DNA of 64,000 nt from Eledone cirrhosa (lineage: Eukaryota), in NCBI GenBank assembly GCA_964016885.1, contig OZ024741.1, positions 146,072,001 through 146,136,000 on the forward strand, written 5' to 3'. Made by a program: the position numbers and the translations under genes. Positions within the stretch are counted from its first letter, which is position 1. Every line of letters begins with the position of its first letter. The notes beneath the pieces were generated by a model. That model saw nothing but the letters and a program-made list of their open reading frames with translations. It did no database searches and was not told where the DNA came from. Positions 25,010 to 38,416 of this stretch are shown here, piece by piece.

Positions 25010-27005
25010 ATCGTCATCATCATTATCATTTTATGTTTGCTTTTCTATGCTTTCCTGCACAGCCTCTCTCGACTGGCAGCATGTCTACATCATCATTTCA
25101 GTGAGGTTCATCATTTTGACATCACTTTTAACCAGTTCTGCCCAGGTTTTTCTTGAATTTCCTCTACTGAAGCTTCTTTTCGCTGTTACCACCTGGTACT
25201 TCTTAAACCAATGTTTCTCGTCCATATGCGTCACATGGCCAAATCAAATTTACATAGCAGCATATATACATTACACAATTAACAGAGACTTTGTGAATGT
25301 CTAAATGCTTTGTAAACACAGATTTGTGCTGATGGTGCTGCTGTACTCCATCTCCAAATGTAGGTGTTCATGTCTCGTCAAGCAATGAAATAATGCTGTG
25401 TATTTGACTCTTTCCAGTATGGCACCAGAGCTACTCATAGCCACCCACTGATATAGGCAATGAAACCCCTGCACAATAGCACAATCTTAAGTAAGTCTGA
25501 TGTTGTGACACTGTCTATCTCAATGTCAGAACAGCATGAAATTCTACTAGTCTGGTGTTCTGACAAGCAAGACAATTCCATTCATCTCACTGTGTCAGGC
25601 ATACTATCTCTTTTGAGTCTGATGTAGTGACTCACTTTCTTATTTGCTTCTGATAATTCCCTTGAAAGGTGTTTCTTTTCCTTTGTTCCCAGTCCAAGAC
25701 TCCTTAGAAACATGTCAAGCCTGGTTCCAACAAATCATCTGACACCTACCGCTACAGGGAAACAGGATGCCTCCATCCACAGGCTTCACTGAGTTCAACC
25801 AGCTCACTCTACTTCCTGGTCTTCTTGCTGAATACATCATCGATGTTCACCCCTCAAGAGATAGTAAGCTCCATCATCTTCACCAACTTCCTTTCCTGTA
25901 CCACAAAACAAAGTCAAGTCTCTCGGTGATAAAAAGGAGCAAGTGGTATTTGCTATCCAAGCCAAACGAGGCCATTCAAGTCCTCTCCCAGCTTGCAGTG
26001 TTCTTCTTTACAAAACTTTCTCCTGCTCTTCTCCACTACTTGTGATCTCTCACCATTGTTCATCCTCTTCATCCTCTCTTTTATTGCATCAGCCAGTACT
26101 CTAAGCACCTGGTTATGCCACCATATATATCTGTTCTTCAGGCCCTGGTAGGCAACTGGACAGTATGTGTCTCATTATTCCAGCCTTCCTACATTTACAC
26201 AGGCCACTCTGTTCTACTTTCCAACTTTTTAGATTTGTTGGACTAGGAAGCATGTCCGACAGAGTGAACCATTAAACAGGTTCTGGCTGGCTATAATGAC
26301 CATAATTCCTTGCATCTGATCTTTCATTTCTGCTCACTGATCTCGTGTGTTAGTGTGACTTCATACAACATTGGTGGCCTGCAATCTAGAGTACAGTGCA
26401 AACTTCAACAGTGCTGGAACTTATCTGGCAGTATTGTTTTATTTAACAGTAAAAGTCCATCCTCTGCCATCTTCTGGATTTTTGTCCCTCACTTCTATCA
26501 TTGAGTGATCCACAGTACAGCCTCCCAAGACTCTTCACAAACTTCTCTGAAATTGTTGGCATGACCTTGCCTGCAAACTTATATCACTTCTTTTTTCCTT
26601 CTGATGACAAATGTGGGATTTATTTGCTTTGAAGTGCAACTCTGCGCAACTTATTAGTTCATTCATTCTGCACAATGACTCCTTGTCTATTCCAACAATG
26701 CTGTATTCCATGAAGACTTTCTTTGGGGAGCCAATCTACATTTCATGGTGATGAAAAGTTATAGCTCACAGGATGACATCCATTCCAAGAATAAACCATA
26801 TGACTGATATTGTGAACCCAACTGTACTTCCTACCGCCTGCTTTTGCTATGCCATTGTAAAATTCTTGTAATAATTCATCATGAGTTTTCCTAAGGGATC
26901 CAGAAGTGGTCCGTAGCAAACTCAAGCAGTTTGTGTGGGACTCACCTGAAAGTATTTGCCAGGTCAAGTCACACAGGTGACTTTTCTCCTTCTTGGTTGT
27001 CTGTA
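25010..27005 (-). mobile_element. Heavily decayed RTE-type LINE sequence (endonuclease-RT linker remnants plus a 3' end)
   Basis: Relatively GC-rich block with remnants LANTF (about 26950), WWHNQV (about 26110) and a GHVTH-like motif (about 25230). An RTE-like terminus with (GAT)n lies near 25010-25050. Many stops. Confidence 0.45.
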
Positions 27006-27980
27006 TGGCAGCTCAGATTATGTACACTTTGAGTATATAGACATGTAAAATTGTCATATTTCTCTTTTTCTGTGTAAAACATGTTGAACAGACTTAATTT
27101 ATTTACAATCCTTATTAGGATTTGTGTTAGAGGATATCTGCATCATTGATCAGAATTACACAGCTAATGGCATTATTAAGTAGATGTATAATGGTACATT
27201 GGCAGAACCATTAGAATACAATCTGCTTTCAAAATATCACAAATTTCACTTTTATGATCATTGTCACTAACTTTCTTTCCATTTCCACCTTCTCCCCAAC
27301 TGAATTGCCCTGAGGGTCCATGCTTCATACATATAAAATGCTAGTGACAATACCATGCAATCAATTTTACTGTATTCTGAGTTCAAATCTTGTTAAGTTT
27401 ATTTTGACATTCATCACTCTGGGGATCAATTCCAGTCAATTGAATCAATTACCCCCCCCCCCCCCATATTGATTTTCTCCAGAGGTTAATCAAACAGGTG
27501 TTTAACCAAATTTCATTGGTTTTAAATGACTGGAACTATAACGCCCCACCTACACCCATTCTTGTATGGGATACCAATCCATGAAATGTTTAATCCCCAG
27601 TTACTGCTCTAACACTAATTTTCTTCTTTACCTAAGTTTAAAAAAATGAAAATAAATCTTCATCAACTTAGAGACTCATCAGACAGTAACTTATCCTGAT
27701 TTCATTGATATAAAGTAATTAGAATATTATAAGTTACCTCATATGTGGGTGCTAAACTATAACACATTTAACTCCCAAATTTTAATGATACTCATTTTCT
27801 CTCTAAAAATTAGATTAAGTCTCTCTTGATCTCAGAGACTCATTAGACAGCAGCCTATCACAATTTCATTGGTGATAAATGTTTGGTTATTATTTCTTGC
27901 ATGTTGAATGGCTTCATAGATGTTCCTTCATTAGTTCATCATTATTATTGGTGTTCTGCTTAATAAGTCTTCAAATTATA

Positions 27981-28172
27981 TTATAACAATTGTTTCTACT
28001 TTTGGCACAAGGCTAGCAATTACCCAGTACATTACTGGTGCTTTATCGACCCTGTAAGGATGAAAGGCAAAGCAAACCTTGACGGGATTTGAACTCAGCC
28101 TATAAAGGGGTGTAACTCTATGCTGCAAAGCATGGCGTCTGACCCTCTACCGATACTGCCAATCCCCCGCCC
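27981..28172 (-). mobile_element. Full-length tRNA-derived SINE family A with 10-bp TSD
   Basis: Box A-like TGGCAGTATCGG, box B GAGTTCAAATCC, core and 3' end present. TSD TCAAATTATA at 27971-27980 and 28173-28182. Confidence 0.92.
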
Positions 28173-30441
28173 TCAAATTATAACATAATGCCAATTGATT
28201 TGTCTTTTTAAGTGACTGAGAGCACAAGATGTCCACTACCCCCAGTTAAGACTATGTGCTTTTTATGAAGATTTTTGTATTAATCTGTGTCATATTTTTT
28301 TATCTTCTACTTGTTACAATATTAACAAAAGATGTGCTAAAGGCCAATATAAACAATTATATTTATTGATTTCAAATGGTTTAATTTAAATTTACTTCTC
28401 TTAAATCTCAAGGTGTCTGACATTAATCTTTCACACTTCATTTCTTGCTATGTTATGTGTGTATGTGTACATACACTTGTATGTGTTTGTGTGTAGTGTG
28501 TGTTTGTGTGTGTATGTATTTTTGTGTATGTATGTGTTTGAGTATGTACATTTATGTATGTATGTATAAGTGTATGTACATTTATATATATATGTGTATT
28601 TGTTCATACATTTGCCTATATATGTGTGGAATTTATGTATATGTATGTATGGTTATATATATGTGTGTGTGTGTTTGTATATATTTGTGAATGTGTGCAT
28701 GCATGTGTGGTGTGAGAGTGTATGTGTGTGTGTGTATGTATGTGCATATTTATGTGTGTATTGATTCTTTTGGTCCACATTTCATTAATCAAGGAATTAT
28801 ACTCGCATATCTTGGATTATCAATTTAACCCTTCTGTAAATCTATTTCTAATGGAATACATGGAATTGAGGTATTTACTGAAATGATAAATTATTTCATT
28901 ACTAAGATAGTAACTTAACATATAGAAAATTATGTTGCAGGATTTTAATTCAACTAGTTCTGTAATGATTTTGCAGAAAATATCTAAAAACAGGTTTGTA
29001 AATTCAAATGTTTACAACTGGACTGGTTGCTGTGCAAATTTACAGTATTAGAGGTAAAGCTTTAGTTTTTAACTAGATGTAATCATAGTAGTGTTTTATA
29101 CTTTCTAAGCTAATCTTTCTAATATGGTTTCATGCATTATAGAATGTTAAGAGTGAACTAGAAACCTTTTAAAATAGGAAGATTTGTTTCAAAGAATCAG
29201 TCATTTTTGGCCAGAAGGGTTTAAAATGTAAGATATAATTTGTGGAATATCTGGCTATTATTTCTTGCATGTTGAATGGCTTCATAGATGATCCTTCATT
29301 AGTCTATCCTTGTTATTGGTGTTCTGTTTAGTATGTTTTCAAATTATACCATAATGCCAGTTGATTTGTCTTCTTAATCGATTCCCTCAGTCCACATATC
29401 ATTATTCATAGGATTATAATAACATCACTTGGATTACCTATTTAAATCAGTAAGACAAACTAACTGTGCTGTAGACACTAAACTCTGTGTGACCAATCAG
29501 TTAGCAGAACAACAAACTTTCATAATGGTAAATCTGTTCTGTACACTGTGACAGCTCTAGAATTACATAAATGGAAATGGTTCTGTGTTGCTGGATGTAT
29601 GTAATGCATGCATAAGTCTTTGGGTTTGTGCATATATTTGTATCTGGAAGAGTTAGTGCATTCTGTGTGTGCTTGTGGTGAAAGTATATGCATATGTGGT
29701 TCTATATATCCATATGTATATGTGTATGCATGTGTGTTTCTGTTTACACATTGTGTGAGTGTGTGAGTGAGAGAGAGAAGCAATGTATGTATACAACTTT
29801 TGGTTTATGCATTTATTTGTGTTTTCTATGTGTGCTTGTAGTGGATGTATGCAAATATATGTGCATATGTTTATATATTTATATGTATATGCATTTCTGT
29901 TTACATGTGTGTGTGAGAGAGGGAGAGAGCGAGTGAGAGTAATATTGTGACAATATAAGTGTGAGTGTTCTTGTGAATCACTCTGTACATATGTATATTG
30001 ATATTGGCGAAGAACAAAATTAGATAGAAATGATGTGTTTGACTTGCAGTGCTTTCATTTACTGTCGATTTATATATGAGACTTTAAGCTTTAATTAGCA
30101 ATGGGAGTATTACTAATGCTATTTACAGATCTCATTATATTACACTTACAAGGAGAATGGCATATATAGTAATGCTATAAATTATTGTCGAACAGATATA
30201 TATATATAAGACTAGAACCAGTGCTTCTGTGTGATATGGTCATGTGCATATATATATGTGTATGTCTGTGTCTATATATATATATATTACATCTATATAT
30301 GAATATTAGAGCTTGAGCAATGTTTTTCACCATTTTTATTTCTCCCTTATTTTTCTGTTCATCCTTGTAGAAACATATTACAAGAAAAAAATGTCTTAAC
30401 TTTTCCCAGTTAGCTATTCAGCCATTATTACACACACACAA

Positions 30442-30523
<82 letters not shown>

Positions 30524-30527
<4 letters not shown>

Positions 30528-31374
30528 CTGTTATCGCTGTGGTCTTGGATTTTCTTACCTTAAGTTGCTCGCACATTGCTCAGTTTGTTGTTTTTTTCAG
30601 TTTGTTTTTCTTCCTTTTTCCCTTCTATTTTCCTTCCCTCTCTCCTCCATTTTTCCAACAACTTACCCAGTTATTGAACGCTCTGGCGGTAGATATCTTG
30701 TCTTTAATGTGTTGAAATATCCAAGACTCTAAGTAGACAACTGATGAGGAAAACTCCCCCCCCTTCTTACTTTCTTCTTATTCTCATTCCATTTTAAGCT
30801 ACCTTAACTAGCAACTACACAGCCAATACTATTCTCCATATATTTTATCATGTTTCGCTGTGACCAGACTTCTCTCTCCTTCTACCTACCTATTTCGTTA
30901 CTATCTACTCTTACCCATCTTTTCCTCTCCCTTTCTCCCTCTCACTTTCACTCATCCCCACTTTGCCAGCCATCTCATTGTTTCCCTCGCCTGACCCTCT
31001 GGCAGACCTTTTCTCACTTACACTCGCTGGAGGTCACACGTGTCTTTTCGTTCGCCCACACGCTCTTGAACTTAAGTTCTGTTATCACTGTGGTCTTGGA
31101 TTTTCTTACCTTAAGTTGCTCACACATTGCTCGGTTTGTTGTTTTTTCTGCTGTTTTTTTGCTTCTCTTTTCCCTTCTATTTTCCTTCCCTTCCTCTTCT
31201 GTTTTCCCAATAACTTATCCAGTTATTGACGCCCTGGGTGGTAGATATCTTGTCTTTAAAGCGTTGAAATATCTAGTAGACAACTGATGAGGAAAACTCC
31301 CCCTGTTCTTGCTTTCTTCTTATTCTCATTCCATTTTAAGCTACCTTAACTAGCAACCACACAGCCAATCCTAT
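30524..31374. repeat. Partial tandem duplication (about 300-bp block, 551-bp period) between (AT)n/(CT)n tracts; PLE pseudo-LTR-like
   Basis: 30524-30833 and 31075-31374 are highly similar. Both contain GACAACTGATGAGGAAAACTCC and end in CAGCCAAT. The PLE origin is inference. Confidence 0.8.
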
Positions 31375-31379
31375 CTCTC

Positions 31380-31473
<94 letters not shown>

Positions 31474-32324
31474 TATATATATATATACATATATATATAT
31501 ACATATATATATATATATGGTTCACTGTGCTAGAAAAGACCTGCCCACCATACAAGCACAATGTAAATATGGTCATAAATCAGAGACTATATGGAATGGG
31601 GGTGGTCCCACTTTAATATGCAGTGGCTGGGATTGGCTGATGAACAAACTAAATCAGCATAAAAAAGAGAAGTTACCCACTTGCCATTGGGCAACCTGGC
31701 AACCTGGCCAGTCCACCACTGTTTATATATATATATATATATAAATATATATATAGCTGAGCTACCTGGTGATTCCTAGGTATTTTATTAAAGTTACAAT
31801 ATTTGACCATGAAAATATGATTGCTGAGTTTTAACTAAAGAAGGAATTATTGCAGAATATTTATTGCCGTTTGTTTAAAGCAAATCATGTAGATAAAAAT
31901 ATTATTAGTTTTGTCCAGTGGTGATTTTTTTAATACTGCTCCCTATTACAGTCACCATATATAATGCTTTGCACTTGGAAGAATCATTAGGTATGTTGTC
32001 AGTGAAAAGGGCATGGCCAAAAAAATATATTTAGATTTTATTTATCCTTTTTTTTTTTGCACAATCAGAACCTCTGAAATTCAAATAAAATGAGTTGGCT
32101 ATTTTAAAAAGCATGAAGAAAATAAAATAAAAAAATAAATTTACCATTGGTTTATGAATGAGTGAAGAATTTACTTTCTCCTTTCTGTAATTCAGGAAAG
32201 TTTATTTAAATGTGTGTAAGTGTGGTAAATATATACACCAGGAAACAAACTCCCACTGTCACTGCCTCCATCTCTCCCTATCTCCCCATCACTCACTATT
32301 ATGAGCAAATGGGGGCCAACGCCG

Positions 32325-32560
32325 GCTGTTGGAATAGAGGATGGTAAGGGAGATATGCTGGAAAATCCATTCCAGCTTGCGAAGCTCACCCTTGCAGGTA
32401 GCCAACTCTGTGCCAACAGTAGTGAGTTGGGAGGTAGCCCAAGAGCCAAGGACACCAGAAGTCTTCATTGCTATGGGCTCAACAACAAACCTGTCGGAGA
32501 GTGACTGATATTTGGAGAGTTTACGCTCCTTGGCCCAAAGTGCGGCAGAGCCTGGGTGAA
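32325..32560 (-). mobile_element. C-terminal fragment of a CRE-like (restriction-like endonuclease) non-LTR retrotransposon
   Basis: PGSAALWAKERKLSKYQSLSDRFVVEPIAMKTSGVLG..ELATCKGE..WIFQHISLTI matches the E..K..KY..L....F.P.A.ET.G..G...FQR.S..I..GNA pattern. Confidence 0.7.
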
Positions 32561-33309
32561 TTAAAATTTTTACACTGTAGCTTTCACCAACTTTTACTTC
32601 TATGGCAGTAGGATCTTGTTTGAGGGAGATTTGTTTTCTATTTCTTTTAGGTACATGACATACACACAAATGCATCTGTGTGTGTTTGTGTGTGTAAGAC
32701 TGTTTACTGTGATTTGAAATGGATTTTACTAATATTTCTAGTAGATCGAGGTATCACATACAACCTTTCCTCTTTGCTTCCTTCTTATATATATCCATAC
32801 ATGAGACAGTAGACTGGGATATATATGTCTCTAACTTAAGTACAGTGATAAACACACATACTTGTCTCTAATTGAAGAACAGCAAGACATGTGCGCGCGT
32901 GCACACACATACATGCGCTCACATACACACACACACTCTCTTTACGATTTTGTGAAAGAGAGAGAGAAAGAGAAGTAATGTTAAGAAAGGAGTTAGTTAA
33001 GAAGCATTTAAAAAATAATAAATAAAAGTTAGTTATCCAACTATGCTATCATTTTTCTGTTTTCTTTCTCTGTCTTCCTAATCCCCCATCGCTCTCTTTC
33101 TTTGGCTCTCTTTCTTTGGCTCTCTTTCTTTGGCTCTCTTTCTCTCTCTTTCTCTCATCCCCCACTCTCTCTTATCTTCTCTTTCATCCCCTCTCTTTCT
33201 CTCTTATCTTCTCTCTCTCTTTCTCTACAGAATGAAGAAAAAAAACAAACAAATAAGTTGTTGCCTCATTTTGGAGGACTGGGTTGTGGGAGGAGGAAGG
33301 GTTTAATAT

Positions 33310-33457
33310 CCTCATGGGCTCTATTATTTAATTAGCCAGTCCTGTTTCTGAATATTAGCTTAACATGTGTGTAAAATTTCATCAGGATTTGATCACTGGT
33401 TTAGATGCCAACTGGTTACACACAGACAGACAGAAATTGTCATTTATATAGTAGATA
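33310..33457 (+). mobile_element. Possible non-autonomous Helitron-type 3' end
   Basis: AAAATTTCATCAGGATT..GGTTTAG..ACACACAGACAGACAG..TTTATATAGTAGAT resembles ends of Lep1/HINE-like elements. Pattern recognition only. Confidence 0.35.
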
Positions 33458-34247
33458 TATGAAATGGATCTCTTTTGATTTTTATGATGAATATGCTAGT
33501 TCTTCTTTCAATGGAACAGCCAGCTGATGAGATTAATGTGTATGTGATTAACCATTCCACCTACAAATATATAATTAACATAATTCTCATGGAAAGTCAG
33601 CTGGCCTATTGAATTAAAAGGCTGGCCCATTGAATTACAGGTAATTCAATCAGAAAGGATGAAAGAATAAGAGATAAAAATGAATAATGTAAACAGAATG
33701 AATGTAAGAAAGAACAAAAGAAAAGAAAATGAAAAAGGGAGAACAGATTATTCTAGATAGTCATTCAACTTGGGAAATGAAATACTAAGATGTTCTACAT
33801 GAATGGACAAGAAAGTTTGATAGATTATGTAGAAATTACAGATTTGTTCAATCAAGTAGGACACATGCACACACTCAAACACATATATAGAGAGAGATAG
33901 ATAGACAGGTAGATAGATAGGTAGGTAGAAAGAGAGAGAGGGGGGAGAGGGGGAAGAGAGAGAAAGAGAGAGAGAGAAAGAAAGAATGAGAGAGAGATAT
34001 GAAAATGTGGAGAATGTATTTTATAATAAATTAATGTAAAAGTTGAGTGGTTTAGGATGCACAGCGTAGGTATATATATACGGCAACACTCATCTTTTTC
34101 CATTTCTCCGAGGGTTATAAACCCCACTATCAGGCTAGACATTTCTTTAGTCTAAAATACGGTGAAAGTTTATAATTTCTAATTTCTAATTTCAAACTCG
34201 CGCACCATTTCAAAAACATACTTACATGTTTACGTTTATAATTTGCT

Positions 34248-34337
<90 letters not shown>

Positions 34338-35129
34338 AGAGAAAGAGAGAGAGGGGAGACATTAACCATTAGGTCAAACTTGTTTGATAATTCTATCATT
34401 TTATTACAGCTTGTATATGATAAGATAGGGGTTCCTATCATAAAAAGACCAGAGAAATCTCTAATGAGATGCAACCTCACAGGAAATCAAGGCCAGCTAA
34501 AGCTACAAAGATGTTACACCATAACAACAGTAGTACTTTGTATGGAAAGAAAGAAAATTATGGAAGGAGGAAAAGCATCTAGCCATAAAATATTGCCTCA
34601 AAGAGGGACTCATGATGAGTATGAAACCTGCTAAGATGTCTGCAAGGATAACCTCTGTTTTAGTTCCAAAAGTGGTTTTAAAATGCTTGTTGGTGAGTAT
34701 TTGCATGTGTGTCTGTTCTAGAGAAATAAACAATATATTTGTCATAGAAACTGACGAAGAGATTAATCTATAAAGGGTAAAAAAATATTTTTGTCTCATT
34801 AAATATATTAATTATTCATTGTTGATAAATACCATATATCATTTCTTCAACCGTGATTACAGAGTCTTAATATCTACTGAACAAAATAACACAATCTCTG
34901 ATCATTAACAAGTCAACAAGAATAAAGCAAATTAAAAAATTGTTTCTACTTTTGGCACAAGGCCAGCAAATTTAATAATAAAAATAAAATTACAACCAAT
35001 TCCAGAAGTAATTAAGCAATTTTCTGGAAATATAAATGTGTCAAAAATGTAATTTAAACACATGTAGTTATATACATGAGACACTTTATGAGGTGAAATA
35101 GCTTAGACAACTAATTATATAATCATAAT

Positions 35130-35234
35130 TGTTTCTACTTTTGGCACAAGGCCAGCAATTATCCCAGTGTATTACTGGTACTTTATTTTATCGACCCCGT
35201 AAGGATGAAAAGCAAAGTTAACTTTGGCGGGATT
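35130..35234 (-). mobile_element. 5'-truncated SINE family A with TSD
   Basis: Carries the core motif. Direct repeat TTATATAATCATAAT at 35115-35129 and 35237-35251. Confidence 0.88.
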
Positions 35235-35397
35235 AGTTATATAATCATAATGATATTAACTCATGTTCACCATAAGAAACACAAGCCTGATTTTGAAAGA
35301 GGTTCCTCTAATATGTTACAGTTTAATGCTTAATAATAGTAAGTAGCACTGATTAGAAACAGTGTCACCTATAGTATTTATCAAGGAGATTCATTAT

Positions 35398-35636
35398 TTA
35401 ACCTGATTGTTACCATATATGTAATGTAAGACCATGTGATTTTCAAATAATTTTTGAAAATACTCAAGAATTTGGATAAAGTTAGTAATATAACTAATTG
35501 TCTTATTATTAAGTTGTTGTTTGGATCATAACTTAACAAAGGTTCTCACATAAAAGTATGAAAACCTTTTCAGATAAACACTTGAAATAAAGAGCTTTGT
35601 TTCACAGAGCAGGTGGTTTGTTATCAAAAGGGTGAA
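35398..35636. mobile_element. TTAA MITE family copy
   Basis: TTAACCTGATTGTTACCATAT ... TTATCAAAAGGGTGAA. The internal TTTTGAAAATA..AAGAATTT..TATTAAGTTG.TGTTTGGA resembles 20579-20820. Confidence 0.5.
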
Positions 35637-35699
35637 ATTCTTGGCATTCAAGTGACTGGAAATATTAATTTTACTGGATTCCTCCAAAATCTGGGTATT

Positions 35700-36135
35700 T
35701 TTTTCTTCTTTGCTCACTTATTCTTGAGAGGGTCATAGGGGATGTCCTCAAAACTCCTTCCAGTGGGTCCTGTCAGAAGCAACCATCTCCAACTGATCTG
35801 GCTGGATCCCCAGTGAGACCAGCAAAACTCATGGAGGTTATCCAATCCTCTTGCTTGGGGTCTCCTGCTGGTTGGTTTTGCCCATAAAATCTGTCCACTG
35901 ATACTTTCTTCAGACATTCTAACCACATGCCCATAGTATCAGAGCTAATTTGGAGAAGTAGCAGTTTTACCTGGAGTGAGTCACTGATATCCAAGCAATG
36001 CACCCTATCGAGTAACATTACTCCAAAGACGCTTCAGGGGAACTCCATTTCAGACATTTGTATTCACGATCGTATTCTTTTAGTCATTACCAAGATTTTA
36101 GTCATTACCCAAGATTCATACCATAGATATGGGTT
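35700..36135 (-). mobile_element. RTE-type LINE 3' fragment, family 3
   Basis: Remnants ESWVMTKRIRS and MSEMEF. Collinear with 58815-59450. Confidence 0.7.
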
Positions 36136-36834
36136 GACAAATTCTGGGTTATTTTGAAAAATTATTGGAAACACATTGGCATTAGAAATATTGTATCAAA
36201 GGGTTAAGTATACTTTTCACACAATAAAATATGCATTACTTCACCTATGTATTGAGTTTTGTTTCTTCTGTTTACATAGCCAAATTTGTGTGTGTGTGCG
36301 TGCGTGCGTGCGTGCGTGTGTGTGTTCGTGTGTGTGCGTGTGTGTGTGATATCTATTTATTGCAGTAAGTCAGTTGTGAACATTTTAATTGCTAATCATT
36401 CTATGACAATACGTAAGAATCTAGTCAATCAGAGAAACTCTTTCAAATGAAGTTTCTCCCTCGAAGACATTAAAAGACAAATATTTAACCTTAAACACCT
36501 CTCTTTCTTTTTTCACCTCTCTTTTTTTTCTGTCTCAGTTTCTCTCCTTCAATCTCTCTTTAACTCCCTTTCTTTGTTTCTCTTCTTCAATCTTACAACT
36601 CCTATTCTTTTTGAAATCACCTTTCCTCAATTTACATCTCACTCTTTTTGTCTTTTTACTGAAGCAGAATATAAAAATATTAATATTTTAATGTAAATAA
36701 AACAGCACTACATACTTGTGTGCGTGTTTGTCTGTGTATTTGTCTGTATATATATATACCACTGAACATATGACTGATGTACGTCAGATACACTAACAGA
36801 TAACAGTAACACACTCACCTACATTTCTTGATGC

Positions 36835-36835
<1 letters not shown>

Positions 36836-36926
<91 letters not shown>
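36836..36926. repeat. (GT)n microsatellite
   Basis: Seen directly. Confidence 0.97.
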
Positions 36927-37153
36927 ATGGTTTTCAATAAAGACAAACACAAGTGCTATGACATTTCTATATATAAAGTACATGCAAATAATCTAATATG
37001 TTCACCACACTCTGGGTTTTATTAATGTTGTCTTCCCATTGATTTTTCTGTATTCAAACATTTCTACTTTATTTTGTTACTAAGATATTAAATTTAAAGA
37101 AATAAAATGTATGTGGGCACTTCTCTTTTTATATTTATACACACACACACACT

Positions 37154-37250
<97 letters not shown>

Positions 37251-37371
37251 ATATATATACATGTATATTCAATGTATATTGCTGTCTTATTCCTTTACTG
37301 GTATTAAAAGGATATTGGCTAATCAAAATTCATCTCTCTCTCTCTCTTCTCTTTCTCTCTCGCTCTCTCTT

Positions 37372-37403
<32 letters not shown>

Positions 37404-37457
37404 CACGTGCCATCACACACCCCCAACACACTCAGTCCATGCTTGAGGGTGTATGTG

Positions 37458-37570
37458 TATCAGGGGGCACTCAAAAGTTCCTGGCTTTGGGTAAAAGAAA
37501 ATACAAGAGGATCAGTTAATTATGATTTTATTCAACATATTCCCCCCTCTGATTCACATAATTATTGTAA
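37458..37570 (-). mobile_element. Mariner-type DNA transposon 3' end remnant
   Basis: The minus strand encodes YNNYVNQRGEYVE*, like the mariner transposase C-terminus (..KCV...GEYVE*). It is followed by a TIR-like end reading TA-TCAGGGGGCACTCAAAAGTTCC on the plus strand. Confidence 0.6.
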
Positions 37571-38416
37571 TAGTCCTACCTCTCCTGTAAAAGTAACTTT
37601 TGCGCTAATCTTAAAGTCAGGAACTGTTCTGCACACCCTCATATCTCTTGAACATGTACCTAGGTTTGTGTGACACTCAGTGACAGGAATTTGGTGCTGT
37701 TGGTGTTAAAAGTTTCCCAGCATCTATTTCTCTCACCACTACCTGGCGCTATCCTCCTCCAGCAGCAAGTGACCTAGTGACTCCATACTTTGTAGTTCAG
37801 CCATTTATGGTTGTTCAATTATATTGTCTTGCCTGAAGCCAAGCAATGTTTCCTATGGCCATAATAAAAGCTTAATTTTATTCGATGCTACCTTCCTTTC
37901 TTTACAACACATTGTGCCTATTTCTCTCTCTGCGTGTATGTACACAGAATTTCATATACATATTATTTTATACCTCCCTGCATTGGTCATTCACACATGC
38001 ACACTCATTCACACAGCTTTGCTCAGACAAATGAACAAACCAACATGTACACACTTACACATACACACACACATGCCTGAAAACATGCATATACACATAC
38101 ATGGCCACACAAAATAAACAATGATCTCCCTTTCTAAACCTCTCTAATATCTAAGACCTCTAAACCTCTCTAATATCCACTGACCAGTATTTTTCCAAAA
38201 TGGCTGACTGAAATCACACATGCTTTTTCAGCCCAAAATGTTTTCCATTACTTCCTCTTCTCTCTCTCTATCGTTCTCTTTCTATCTTCTGGTGAAAAAC
38301 TAGTGTCCAAAACGTAAAGATACTTTTCCTACTATATCAAGCATTAAACTAATAACTTTCCTTGCTGTACTGTTATGTTTGCGTTCTTGTTGCCATTTAC
38401 TTTTAAATATATAAAT

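Noticed and set aside
28085-28172. tRNA gene
   Set aside because: Box A/B motifs are present but no cloverleaf could be formed. It is the head of a TSD-flanked SINE. The same reasoning (SINE head, no cloverleaf) applies to 1945-2020.
34090-34140. Minus-strand CTGATAG-TGGGG..CCCTC-GGAGAAA as a hammerhead
   Set aside because: Both core segments deviate and stems I and III are missing.
34380-34634. 84-aa ORF containing a TTTTATTACAG acceptor as a host exon
   Set aside because: It includes the dispersed repeat motif GGAAAAGCATCTAGCCATAAAA and has no recognisable protein similarity.
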